Part shown: in pieces, positions 40,799-49,967 of the stretch
Layout: each line of letters begins with the position of its first letter
Numbering within the stretch: the stretch's first letter is position 1
Notes under the pieces: model-generated
Database searches by the model: none
Told to the model about the DNA's origin: nothing
Seen by the model: the letters and a program-made list of their open reading frames with translations, nothing else
Position numbers and translations under genes: made by a program
Assembly: GCA_963732385.1 (NCBI GenBank)
Contig: CAVSZB010000007.1
Span: forward strand, 1,088,001-1,152,000
Reading direction: 5' to 3'
Source of the DNA: an uncultured bacterium
GTDB taxonomy: Bacteria > Krumholzibacteriota > Krumholzibacteriia > LZORAL124-64-63
DNA: 64,000 bases

Positions 40799-43564
40799 TT
40801 ACCTGACCAGAATCATTTTGTTCGTGGTGTGGACGGCTCCGGCTTCCAGGCTGTACAGGTAAGTTCCCGAGGGAACCTGGTGGCCGCTGCCGTCGGTCCC
40901 GTCCCAGACCACCGCGTACTGGCCGGCGGGTTCCGTCAGGCCGTCGCAAAGAACCTTGACCAACTTCCCGGCGACATCGAACACCCGCAGAGAGACCCGC
41001 TCGCTCCTGGGCAGGGTATACGAGATCGTGGTCATGGGATTGAAGGGGTTGGGCGCGTTGCGCAGAACGACCTGGTCGGTTTGGATCTGCTCTTTGAGCG
41101 CCTCAGGACTCGCGGAGCCCGCCAGGTTCACGCTGTAGATGCCCAGGCCGTGGGTGGCGGCCACGACCAGGCCGTCTGACGAACGGCAGGCCAAATCATT
41201 GACGATGGCGTTACCGATCAAATCGGCGGCCTCGAGTTCCCAGACCACCGGTTCGCCTGGGCTGTAGACGGTGGAGAACACGCCGATGCTGGTGCCGATG
41301 AACCAGTAGTCCGTTCCCTCAAAGGGCATGATCTTGACGCTACGGACTGACGGTCCGTCGTCCCCGGCGAGGTTGCCTTCTACCTCGACCCAGCTTTGGC
41401 CGCCGTCCTGGGAGTACCAGAGGCTGGAGACCATGTAGTTGGAGAAACAGAGCAGCACCTTCTGGCAGTCCTCGGGGTGAATCGAGATGCTGTTGACAAA
41501 GGCTCTCTCGGGGAACGGGGCATTATTGTGCAGCTCCTCGGGAATCGTCCCCTCAGGCGCTTCGAAAGCGTTCGGTACGCGATAGATCTTACCCATTGAC
41601 GTGCCGTAGAACAGAGTTCTGCTTCCGGTGAGAGGCGCCGCCAGGGCGGAGATACTCTCATTGACAGGGATATCGGTGAGTTGGACCCAGTTGATGCGGC
41701 TCGGATTGTTTGTGCCCAAGGGGATCTCGTACCAGTTGTCGTTGCGCCAGACCCCATTGCGCGTGGCCACGTATATGATCTGTTCGGCCACGGGGTCGAT
41801 GATATAGGGGTTGATGAACGAAAAATCCGAATAACTGGCGCCATGGGGCGAGATCATGGTTCGGGAGACTTTCCTTCCATCGGAATCTACCTGGCAGCGG
41901 TAGATGGCGTTTGCGATGTAGGCCATGAAGTACTCCCCGGGCGAAGCTGCGGCATCGACCACGGCGCAAAACCCTCCATCTCCGTCCAGGGGCCGGGTCC
42001 AGCTGTATTTGGCCTCCTCGTTGTTGGTCCAGAGGGTGCCATTGTCCTGAGTGCCGCCGATGACGATGGGGTTCCCGGGCAGGTTCTGATCCACCGCGAC
42101 GGAATAGAACTGGGTGGTATAGAACCCGTTGTTCAACGATTTCCAGGTGACGTTTGGGACAGTGATGTCCAACGTTTTGTGGATACCTCCGTCGCTGGCG
42201 GAGTAGACCACCTTGTTGGATCCGGGCTGGAAAATGATCCTGTGCACATCCGCATGGTGCGTGGGCTCCACCCAGCCGCCGACCACGGATACTTGATGAG
42301 CGGTGGCGAAGCCATCGGTGCTGCGCCAGACATCCACTCCGCCCAGGATCACGAAATTCGGATCGTCGGGTCCGATTGTGGTGCATTGATTGTAGCCAAA
42401 CTGCGTGTTGTAGATGTCAGAACCGTAGGTGCCATCGATGTCCAGATTGTCCGAACGGTCTTCCCAGACACCGCCCTCACCGGAGCCGTCTCCCGAGAGG
42501 TAGGTGTACTTCCGGAAGCCGGTCTCAAAAAAGTTGTAAATGGAATTACCGCAATTGCTAAGGTATAGCACGTTCTCGTTCGAGGGGGCGAGGACCGGAA
42601 CCAACCTGCCGAAGTCCACCAGATCCGCTGGAGTGATATCTGTCCAATCCACGCCGTTGGGCGAGCGGAAGATGCCAGACACTCCGCCCTTGTAGCTCAA
42701 GCAGGCGTAGACGATGCCGGTGGGGCTGACGATGACGTCAGTCATATCGGCTCTTACGACAGGATCCCCCAGTACAGCCTCCCAGGTAAGGCCCCCGTCG
42801 AGGGAACGGTAGATGAAGCCGTAGGTGGCGGCATAGACCTCGTCGTAAGTGGTCTCGGAAGTATCGATGGCGAGGTTATGGACGTAATCGAAGGGATTGT
42901 CGGCCTCTTGGGGGATGTTGGTGCTCGTGGCGGGCAAGAGCTGCCAAGTGAGGCCGCCGTCAACGGATTTGTAGACGCCGTCACCTCGCAAGATGGCTCC
43001 ACGAACATTGGTTGAGGTTTGGAATTCCCCGGTTCCGTAGTAGAAGACGTTCTCGTGCCCGGGACGCGTGTCCTGGACCACGCAGGTGATGGATTGCAAC
43101 TGACTGGGATCGGTGGTTCTGGTCCAGGTGTCCCCGTCGTCGGTGGTGCGCCACATCCCGCCGGAGACGCCACCGGCCAGCAGGGTCTGATAGGTCGGAT
43201 CGGTTATGTCGAAGGTCAGAGCCCGAACGCGGCCGCCGATGTTGTGGGGGCCGCGGATCTTCCAGCCGGTGAAGGCTTTATCGGCAGCACCCAGACCTCG
43301 CTGGCTCTTGGGTAGTTTCTTGGCGAAATCCAGTTCGCGGTGGCGCATCCCGGCGGGAATCGTGCCGGTGGTCGGGTCCCGCAAGCGTTGTTCTTCATAG
43401 GCCAGCAAGTCCGCCCTTTCTCCCTCCTTGGCCAGCAGGGCCGCCTCGGTGGTCATCGGGAGAGAGGGCTGTTCCTGGCGGGGAGTGGTCAGAAAATGGT
43501 GGGCGGTCAGAACCGCGCCCACGAGCAGGCAGGCGGCTACCACAAGCAACATTTTCTTTAACAT
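40799..43564 (-). CDS. BNR/Asp-box beta-propeller protein with a C-terminal FlgD-Ig domain
   Basis: Repeated TTDDGDTW, SVDGGLTW, SLDGGLTW and SQDGGQSW. Also GGTQDNGT and ATHGLG. C-terminal NAPNPFNP...WDGTDGSG...SGTYLY. Confidence 0.85.
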   Translation of the reverse strand: MLKKMLLVVAACLLVGAVLTAHHFLTTPRQEQPSLPMTTEAALLAKEGERADLLAYEEQRLRDPTTGTIPAGMRHRELDFAKKLPKSQRGLGAADKAFTGWKIRGPHNIGGRVRALTFDITDPTYQTLLAGGVSGGMWRTTDDGDTWTRTTDPSQLQSITCVVQDTRPGHENVFYYGTGEFQTSTNVRGAILRGDGVYKSVDGGLTWQLLPATSTNIPQEADNPFDYVHNLAIDTSETTYDEVYAATYGFIYRSLDGGLTWEAVLGDPVVRADMTDVIVSPTGIVYACLSYKGGVSGIFRSPNGVDWTDITPADLVDFGRLVPVLAPSNENVLYLSNCGNSIYNFFETGFRKYTYLSGDGSGEGGVWEDRSDNLDIDGTYGSDIYNTQFGYNQCTTIGPDDPNFVILGGVDVWRSTDGFATAHQVSVVGGWVEPTHHADVHRIIFQPGSNKVVYSASDGGIHKTLDITVPNVTWKSLNNGFYTTQFYSVAVDQNLPGNPIVIGGTQDNGTLWTNNEEAKYSWTRPLDGDGGFCAVVDAAASPGEYFMAYIANAIYRCQVDSDGRKVSRTMISPHGASYSDFSFINPYIIDPVAEQIIYVATRNGVWRNDNWYEIPLGTNNPSRINWVQLTDIPVNESISALAAPLTGSRTLFYGTSMGKIYRVPNAFEAPEGTIPEELHNNAPFPERAFVNSISIHPEDCQKVLLCFSNYMVSSLWYSQDGGQSWVEVEGNLAGDDGPSVRSVKIMPFEGTDYWFIGTSIGVFSTVYSPGEPVVWELEAADLIGNAIVNDLACRSSDGLVVAATHGLGIYSVNLAGSASPEALKEQIQTDQVVLRNAPNPFNPMTTISYTLPRSERVSLRVFDVAGKLVKVLCDGLTEPAGQYAVVWDGTDGSGHQVPSGTYLYSLEAGAVHTTNKMILVR

Positions 43565-43804
43565 GAGGGGTCCTCCTTATGGGAGGTGCAGCGGATTCAG
43601 ACCAACCGGAACGCGGGCGAACAGCCGGCGGGATGATATGTGAGAACGAAACTGAGAATACATAATCTGCTACCCGCGTGTCAAGTAATGGCCAAGAATA
43701 TTGGCGAGGAGCGCGGCATCCCGCAGTCTTACACAGATGTCAGCAGGCAGAGTCCCGTGCAGCTGTTCGAGAAGTCGAGCACGATAAGGCCCGCGTCGCG
43801 AAGG

Positions 43805-43900
43805 ACGGCATGAGCTCCGGACGCTGTTTGACCAATGCGCCCAGCGTGCTCTTGGAATCGCCCGAGATGTCCCTTGCGACACATTCAAGTACCGCCGTAT
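43805..43900 (-). pseudogene. Possible relic of an AbiJ-like/HEPN-domain gene
   Basis: Translates as AVLECVARDISGDSKSTLGALVKQRPEL, which resembles the ALECVARDxxGDxKxTLG segment I recall from AbiJ-NTD4-associated proteins. This is from memory only. Confidence 0.4.
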
Positions 43901-43914
43901 CCAGTTCGCCGGCC

Positions 43915-45123
43915 CTAACGGCAGTCATTCAGGAGGTGCTGGCGCACGCCGGCCCTCTCCAGCACTCCGAGGGCCTCCCTGTACCGCATCGCCCAGGTGT
44001 TGCCCGCTGCAAAGCGCAGCATTTCGGGGCGCAGCTCGTTCCTGCGGCCGAGCGCCTCCCGGACGTGGCGCCACACTTCACCCGGTGTGTGCCCGACGAG
44101 CACCCTGGCGTCGAGGTCCCGGTAGACCGGCACGGGCGTGCTGGCAACGGGCAGCCCGGAGGCGGCATATTCGTAGAGCTTCATCGGGTTGACGTGCTCC
44201 ACCACCCTGTCGAGGCTGCGGCTGAACAGGACCAGCCCCACATCCCCATGAGCCAGGTAGGCCGGCACCCGCTCGGGCCTGACCGGTCCCTCCAGCCTCA
44301 GGTTGCCATGCTTCGTGGCCAGTCTTTCGAGGGCCTCGTTGACCGGGCCAAGGGCCAGCACGCAGCCTTCCCGCAAATTCAGGCACAAATGGGCAAGAAT
44401 GTTGAAGTCGATCTTGCCGAGATTCCCGAGCATCACCAGGCGTGGATGGGGGGCATCCGGGAGAGGATCTTCCGAACTCCTGGCTTCGAGGAACGGCTCG
44501 AGATTCGCGCCATGCGAAATGACATTGATCTTGTCGGCCGGCGTGTCGAATTCGTCGACGAGCGCCTGCTTCAGGCTCGGGGCCGTAACGACCACCTGAT
44601 CGGCCCGGAGATAGTTGTTCCTCTCCAGGGCGCCACAATTCGCGGGAGAGGTCGGGTAGCCCTGATAGTAGTCGGTCACGTGCTGCACCGACGGAATTCC
44701 GGGAAAGAATTTCGCGATGCCCTGGGAGAGGAAGCCCGACAGCCACAACACATCGGGAGACGGCATCCCCGAGCGTTTCATGATCTCCGGTATCGACGGC
44801 CCGCACAGGTCCCACACGTGATGGGCCAGCGCCGCCCGATCGAGAGGAGCATGCCTGCTGAATGGCAACCATGTTCGGGGGGTGTACGCGAAGACCCTGC
44901 CGTTCTCGTAGAAGATCCCGCCTTCGCGATTCTGCCTGAGGAGCTGGGCACGATAGGCGACGCCTCCCGGCCGCCAATGCCAGGGCATGAGCGGCAGGGT
45001 CATCCATATGACATGCCAGTCATGGCGCAGAAACTGTTCCGCGATCATTCTGGTGCTGATGGGATACACCGATTCCCACGGCACCTCCCTGACGAATAGC
45101 ATGCAGCGTCTGTGCGGGCTCAT
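43915..45123 (-). CDS. Glycosyltransferase (GT-B, GT4-like)
   Basis: ADQVVVTA, ISHGANLEPF and NPMKLYEYAASGLPVAST motifs. Confidence 0.85.
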   Translation of the reverse strand: MSPHRRCMLFVREVPWESVYPISTRMIAEQFLRHDWHVIWMTLPLMPWHWRPGGVAYRAQLLRQNREGGIFYENGRVFAYTPRTWLPFSRHAPLDRAALAHHVWDLCGPSIPEIMKRSGMPSPDVLWLSGFLSQGIAKFFPGIPSVQHVTDYYQGYPTSPANCGALERNNYLRADQVVVTAPSLKQALVDEFDTPADKINVISHGANLEPFLEARSSEDPLPDAPHPRLVMLGNLGKIDFNILAHLCLNLREGCVLALGPVNEALERLATKHGNLRLEGPVRPERVPAYLAHGDVGLVLFSRSLDRVVEHVNPMKLYEYAASGLPVASTPVPVYRDLDARVLVGHTPGEVWRHVREALGRRNELRPEMLRFAAGNTWAMRYREALGVLERAGVRQHLLNDCR

Positions 45124-45548
45124 GTCCGATCGCCATCCCTTCTCCGGCGAGGAAGGATAGGGGCTTCGTGCTGGTCGGTACAAGCGGATGAATGATGGTT
45201 CGTCGTCAGCCACCCGTGGCGTGTACCGCTGCAATAGTCGTCCGTGTCGATTTTTTCGATTTATGCCGGCGGCGCGATCGTGACCTGGATCGACTTCCGG
45301 GACAGCGCCATCAACAGCAGGAAAGACGCAGGCGACATGTCTCGAACCAGGGAAATCCTTGTCGCGATGGGGGTCGCGCTTTTGCTGTCAGCGGACGCGG
45401 CCGTGGCGTGAGGAGGGCTCCGACTGGCACGGGCTCGTCGCTGCCATCCATCTCGAGAGCCTCGGCAATTGAGAGCCGCCGCGCGCGACAGGACCGCCCG
45501 TGATCGGGTGCGCGCCAGACCGGCCTGGCGTGCTAAGCTGTGCCGGTC

Positions 45549-46520
45549 ATGATCGTCCTGACCGACTGTCCGCAGCGCCTGGCGGGAATCGTCCCGAGCG
45601 GCTGGGTGTCGCGCGCGGTGGCCGAGTTGCCGGCCGTCGATCGCGACCTCTGGCGCGCGCTCGGCGCGGGTTCCGGCCTGATTGGCGACGTCTGGACCGC
45701 GCGCGTGGGGCCGGCGGCAGGCGCGTCCGGCTTCTGGTCCCGCCTGCTCGTCGTCGCGGAGGCGCCCGTTTCCCAGTTCGATCTCCTGCGCGAACGGCTC
45801 GGCGACGGCCTGGCGCTGCCGGGGCCGGTCGCCACCCTGGCGCTGACCGGGCGCGGCTGTCACGGCCACCGCGGCCGGCCGTGGGTCGCGACAGACGGCA
45901 ACCTGCACCTGTGCGTGGCGTGGCGGCCGGCGGCGTTGCTGGCGCGCGACGCGCTCGCCCTGACCGCCCTGCCCGCCGTGGCGGTCGTGGATGCGCTGCG
46001 CGATCCCGCGCTCGGGCGCCTGCCGGCCGGGATCAAATGGGTGAACGACATCCTGGTCGGCGACCGCAAGCTGGCGGGGGTGCTGACGGCCTCGCAGGCG
46101 CTCGAGGAGTCGATCACGCTCGCCGTGCTCGGCATCGGCCTGAACGTCGCCGTGACGCCGGAGGTCCCCCCCACCATGTTCGTGCCGAAGGTCACCTCGC
46201 TGGCCGAACAGGGGATCGCCTGCGACCTCTCCGTCGCCTGCCTGGCGCTCCTGGACGCCTTGGCGCGGCGCTGGCAGGGACTGCTGGCGCGCGGGACGGC
46301 GGAGCTGTTCGCCGCCTACCGCGACGCCTCGGTCGTCCTGGGGCGCTCGGTCACGGTCTGGGACGAGGGGCTCGACGAGAGCGTCCCGCCGGCCGCCTGG
46401 CCACCGCCGCTGGCGCGCGGAGTCGTTACGGGCATAGGCGACGATTTGACTCTGCGAATCGCCGGCCTCGCCGAACCGGTCGGCCGGGGCCGCCTGGCGC
46501 TCGGCGCGCAGCCGTTCTGA
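45549..46520 (+). CDS. birA: Biotin--protein ligase without an N-terminal HTH
   Basis: GHRGRPW, IKWVNDILVGDRKLAGVL and LGIGLNV motifs. It lies directly upstream of a biotin-dependent decarboxylase. Confidence 0.8.
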   Translation: MIVLTDCPQRLAGIVPSGWVSRAVAELPAVDRDLWRALGAGSGLIGDVWTARVGPAAGASGFWSRLLVVAEAPVSQFDLLRERLGDGLALPGPVATLALTGRGCHGHRGRPWVATDGNLHLCVAWRPAALLARDALALTALPAVAVVDALRDPALGRLPAGIKWVNDILVGDRKLAGVLTASQALEESITLAVLGIGLNVAVTPEVPPTMFVPKVTSLAEQGIACDLSVACLALLDALARRWQGLLARGTAELFAAYRDASVVLGRSVTVWDEGLDESVPPAAWPPPLARGVVTGIGDDLTLRIAGLAEPVGRGRLALGAQPF

Positions 46521-46629
46521 TCGAGCCCACGTTCGATCGAGATTGTCGCCTTGACGCCGCTCTTTCAGGCTGGCATTCTGCCGTCTCTTAATTCTTCCCT
46601 GCGACGACCCCCGTCACCTGGAGGCCGCC

Positions 46630-46842
46630 GTGAACGATCTGGCCCTGCTGCACATCTGCACGACCGCGTTCCTCGTCGTCTTCGCCGTTCTCGCGGGCCT
46701 TGCACTCATCATCCACGCCATCACGCTCCTGTTTCCGGAGCGGCGAGGGGGGACCGATCCCGCCCTGATCGCCGCGATCTCCGGCGCCGTCAGCTCGCTC
46801 TATCCCCAGTCTCGCGTGACGCGCATCGAGGAGGAGAGATGA
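46630..46842 (+). CDS. oadG: Na+-translocating decarboxylase gamma/delta subunit
   Basis: Single TM (FLVVFAVLAGL) and DPALIAAISGAV. GGAGG SD. Overlaps the alpha-subunit start. Confidence 0.75.
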   Translation: MNDLALLHICTTAFLVVFAVLAGLALIIHAITLLFPERRGGTDPALIAAISGAVSSLYPQSRVTRIEEER

Positions 46843-48716
46843 TCATCGCCGGCACCCCCAAGACGATCCGGGTCATGTTCACCCCCTTCCGCGACGGGCT
46901 GCAGAGCTCGTTCGGCGGCAAGGTGCGCCTGCGGGACATCCTGCCGGCGATGGAGTACGCCGCCCAGAAGGTCGGCATCCGGCACTTCGAGTTCGGCGGC
47001 GGGGCCCGTTTCCAGGCGCCGTACTTCTACGTCGATGAGAACCCGTTCTGGTGCCAGGAACAGATGCGCCGGGCGGTCGGACCGGACGTCATCCTGCAGA
47101 TCCTCACCCGCTCGGTCTCGGGCGTCACGCTCACGACGCAGAAGCTCAAGGCGCTGGAGGCCCAGGCCCGGCTGATGCGCAAGCACGGCACGACGTGGGA
47201 CCGCAACTTCGACTACATGAACGACGTCGACAACCTGGTCCGCACCGGCCAGCCGATCGTCGACGCCGGCATGCACCACCAGGTCTGCGTCGCCATGATG
47301 GGGATGCCGTTCGCCGACGACACCGTCCACACGGCCGCCTTCTACGTGGACGTCGTCAAGAAGCTGCTCAAGCGCGACATCCACTTCGACTCGGTCTGCA
47401 TGAAGGACGCCTCCGGCACGACCGATCCGCGCACCTGCTACGAGACGGCCAAGGAGCTGCGGCGGATCCTGCCGCCGGAGGTGCTGCTCTGGCAGCACAC
47501 GCACGACACCGCCTCGATCGCGGTCTCCTGCTACCTGGCCGGCATCGAGGGGGGCGTCGACGGCATCGACCTGTCGGTGCGGCCGATGGCCTCGGGCACG
47601 GTGCAGCCCGACATGCGCTCCGTCGCGCACGCGCTCAAGGGGACCGGCTACTCGCTCGACATCGACGCCACGCGCATGGACGAGATCGAGAGCCTGCTCA
47701 ACGAGGGGCTGGCCGATTACGACTTCGACCCGGTGACCACGGCCGCCGACGCGCGGGTGGTCGGCTTCCCGATGCCGGGCGGCGCCATCGGGCCCAACGT
47801 GCACATGATGAAGGAGGCGGGCATCCTCGGCAAGTATTCGGAGGTGCTCGCGGAGTTCCCGGTCGTGGTGCGGGCCGGCGGCGCGTGGACGAGCGTCACC
47901 CCGGGCAGCCAGCAGTACTGGCTGCAGGCGTTCAACAACGTCCTGCACGGACGGTGGCAGAAGATCGATGCCGGCTTCGGCAAGGCGGTGCTCGGCTACT
48001 TCGGCCGCACGCCGCTGCCCCCCGATCCCGAGGTGGTAAGGATCGCCAGCGAGCAGCTCGGCAAGCCGCCGTTCACGGGCGATCCGCTCGAGGCGGCACC
48101 GGACAGCCTGGCCGAGGCCGAGACCGCGCTGCGCGAGCGCAACATCCCGGTGACCGACGAGAACATCTTCCTGGTCGCGGCCGCGATCGTCCCGGGCAAA
48201 AACCTCGATCTGAACGAGGGGATCCGGCTGCTGACCGGCAAGGCGAAGATCGTGCTGGCGCTGCGCAAGAAGCCCGAAGCGGCCGCGCCGGCCCCCGCTC
48301 CGGCCGCCGCCGCCGTGGCCGGCCCGCCGCTGCTGAGCGCGCCGATCACGACGACCTGCACCGTGGTCGAGGGGCAGACGACCCGCAAGTTCCGCATCAC
48401 GCTCGAGCCGGCGCACGGTCAGGCGGCCGCCCAGGTGGCGGGGCCGATCGTGAGCGCGGCCGCGGCGCCCGCTCCGGGCGGCGCGGTGGTGGGCGGCACG
48501 ATGGTCTACTCCCCTTTCGAAGGGAAGGTCCAGCTGGTGGAGATCCGCGTCCGCGTCGGCGACGCGGTGGCCAAGGGACAGGTGGTGGCCGCCGTGGAGG
48601 CGATGAAGGCGAAGCACGACGTGAAGGCCCCCTGCGCGGGCAGGGTGCTGAGCATCGATGCCGAGTTGGGCGCGGACATTGTCGCCGGCAGGGCCATTCT
48701 GACGGTCGGGGAGTAG
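46839..48716 (+). CDS. oadA: Oxaloacetate decarboxylase alpha / pyruvate carboxyltransferase subunit with a biotinyl domain
   Basis: FRDGLQS, FEFGGGARF, CMKDASG, HTHDT, MPGGA and SVTPGSQ motifs, an Ala/Pro linker, and the EAMKA biotinylation site. Confidence 0.85.
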   Translation: MIIAGTPKTIRVMFTPFRDGLQSSFGGKVRLRDILPAMEYAAQKVGIRHFEFGGGARFQAPYFYVDENPFWCQEQMRRAVGPDVILQILTRSVSGVTLTTQKLKALEAQARLMRKHGTTWDRNFDYMNDVDNLVRTGQPIVDAGMHHQVCVAMMGMPFADDTVHTAAFYVDVVKKLLKRDIHFDSVCMKDASGTTDPRTCYETAKELRRILPPEVLLWQHTHDTASIAVSCYLAGIEGGVDGIDLSVRPMASGTVQPDMRSVAHALKGTGYSLDIDATRMDEIESLLNEGLADYDFDPVTTAADARVVGFPMPGGAIGPNVHMMKEAGILGKYSEVLAEFPVVVRAGGAWTSVTPGSQQYWLQAFNNVLHGRWQKIDAGFGKAVLGYFGRTPLPPDPEVVRIASEQLGKPPFTGDPLEAAPDSLAEAETALRERNIPVTDENIFLVAAAIVPGKNLDLNEGIRLLTGKAKIVLALRKKPEAAAPAPAPAAAAVAGPPLLSAPITTTCTVVEGQTTRKFRITLEPAHGQAAAQVAGPIVSAAAAPAPGGAVVGGTMVYSPFEGKVQLVEIRVRVGDAVAKGQVVAAVEAMKAKHDVKAPCAGRVLSIDAELGADIVAGRAILTVGE

Positions 48717-48719
48717 GCG

Positions 48720-49874
48720 ATGGACATCGTTGCGACGCTGGTGCGGGAATCGGGATTCGCTTCCCTGGGCTGGCAGAATCTGGTCATGTTCGGCATCGGC
48801 GGCCTGCTCGTCTTCCTGGCGATCCGCAAGGGATTCGAGCCGCTGCTGCTGATCCCGATCGGCTTCGGCGCGATCCTGGCGAACCTGCCGGGGGCGCTGC
48901 TGAGCGTCTCGGTCCTGCGCGCGCCGGGCGGCGCCGAGGTGTCTCCCCTGCTCCAGCTCGTTTACGACAGCGGCATCCGGACGGAGTTCCTGCCGCCGGT
49001 GATCTTCCTGGGGGTCGGCGCGCTGACCGACTTCCGCCCGCTGCTGGCGCGGCCGATCACCTTGCTGCTCGGCGCCGCGGCGCAACTGGGGGTGGTCGTG
49101 GCCGCCATGGGCGCCCATTTCCTGTTCCGTTTCAGCAACGGCGAGGCGGCCTCGATCGGCATCATCGGCGGCGCCGACGGTCCGACCTCGATCTACCTGA
49201 CCGCCAAGCTGGCCCCCCACCTGCTCGGCGCGGTGGCGGTGTCGGCCTACAGCTACATGGCGCTGGTGCCGGTGATCCAGCCGCCGATCATGCGCCTGCT
49301 GACGACGAAAGCCGAGCGCGGCATCGACATGCCACAGGCCAAGCCGGTCTCGCAGACGGCCGTGGTGCTGTTCCCCGTGCTCACGGCCGTGGTGGCATCG
49401 CTGGCGGTGCCGTCGTGCGCGCCGCTGATCGGCATGCTGATGTTCGGCAACCTGCTGCGCGAATCGGGCGTGACGGAGCGGCTGTACAAGACGGCCGGCA
49501 CGCACCTGATCAACACGGTGACCATCTTCCTGGGCATCACCGTCGGCGCCACGATGGAAGGGATCGCCTTCCTCCAGGCCCGCACCATCTTCATCCTGCT
49601 GCTGGGCGCCGTCGCCTTCGCCTTCAGCACGGCGGGCGGCGTCCTGTTCGCCAAGCTGCTCAACCTGATCCTCCCCCAGAGCCAGCGCCTCAACCCGTGC
49701 ATCGGCGCCGCCGGCGTCTCGGCCGTGCCGATGGCCGCCCGCGTGGTCCAGAACTTCGTCTCTTGCGAAACCGACGGCCGGGTCAACCCGCTCATGCCGG
49801 CGATGGGCCCCAACGTCGCGGGCGTGATCGGCACGGCGGTGGCGGCGGGGGTGTTCCTGGCGTTGGTGAGATAG
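48720..49874 (+). CDS. oadB: Na+-translocating decarboxylase beta subunit
   Basis: FEPLLLIPIGFG, LLGAAAQLG, IGIIGGADGPT, AYSYMALVP, GVSAVPMAARV and AMGPNVAGVIG motifs. Confidence 0.95.
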   Translation: MDIVATLVRESGFASLGWQNLVMFGIGGLLVFLAIRKGFEPLLLIPIGFGAILANLPGALLSVSVLRAPGGAEVSPLLQLVYDSGIRTEFLPPVIFLGVGALTDFRPLLARPITLLLGAAAQLGVVVAAMGAHFLFRFSNGEAASIGIIGGADGPTSIYLTAKLAPHLLGAVAVSAYSYMALVPVIQPPIMRLLTTKAERGIDMPQAKPVSQTAVVLFPVLTAVVASLAVPSCAPLIGMLMFGNLLRESGVTERLYKTAGTHLINTVTIFLGITVGATMEGIAFLQARTIFILLLGAVAFAFSTAGGVLFAKLLNLILPQSQRLNPCIGAAGVSAVPMAARVVQNFVSCETDGRVNPLMPAMGPNVAGVIGTAVAAGVFLALVR

Positions 49875-49967
49875 GCGGGCGCTCGCCGATTCGACAGCCA
49901 ATGGCCCTGATAAAATGATGTGCGACCAGACCGGGGGCGGTTGGGGAATCCAGTTCGGAGCCCGGGC

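Noticed and set aside
45409..45551. Selenocysteine or stop read-through after the signal-peptide ORF
   Set aside because: The downstream frame is not protein-like, ends at another stop near the birA start, and has no recognisable SECIS.
46800..49918. Very long ORFs 46800..49901 (-, 1033 aa) and 47051..49918 (+, 955 aa)
   Set aside because: These are antisense or off-frame shadows of oadAB. They have low-complexity Arg/Gly/Ala translations with no motifs, as expected in high-GC DNA.
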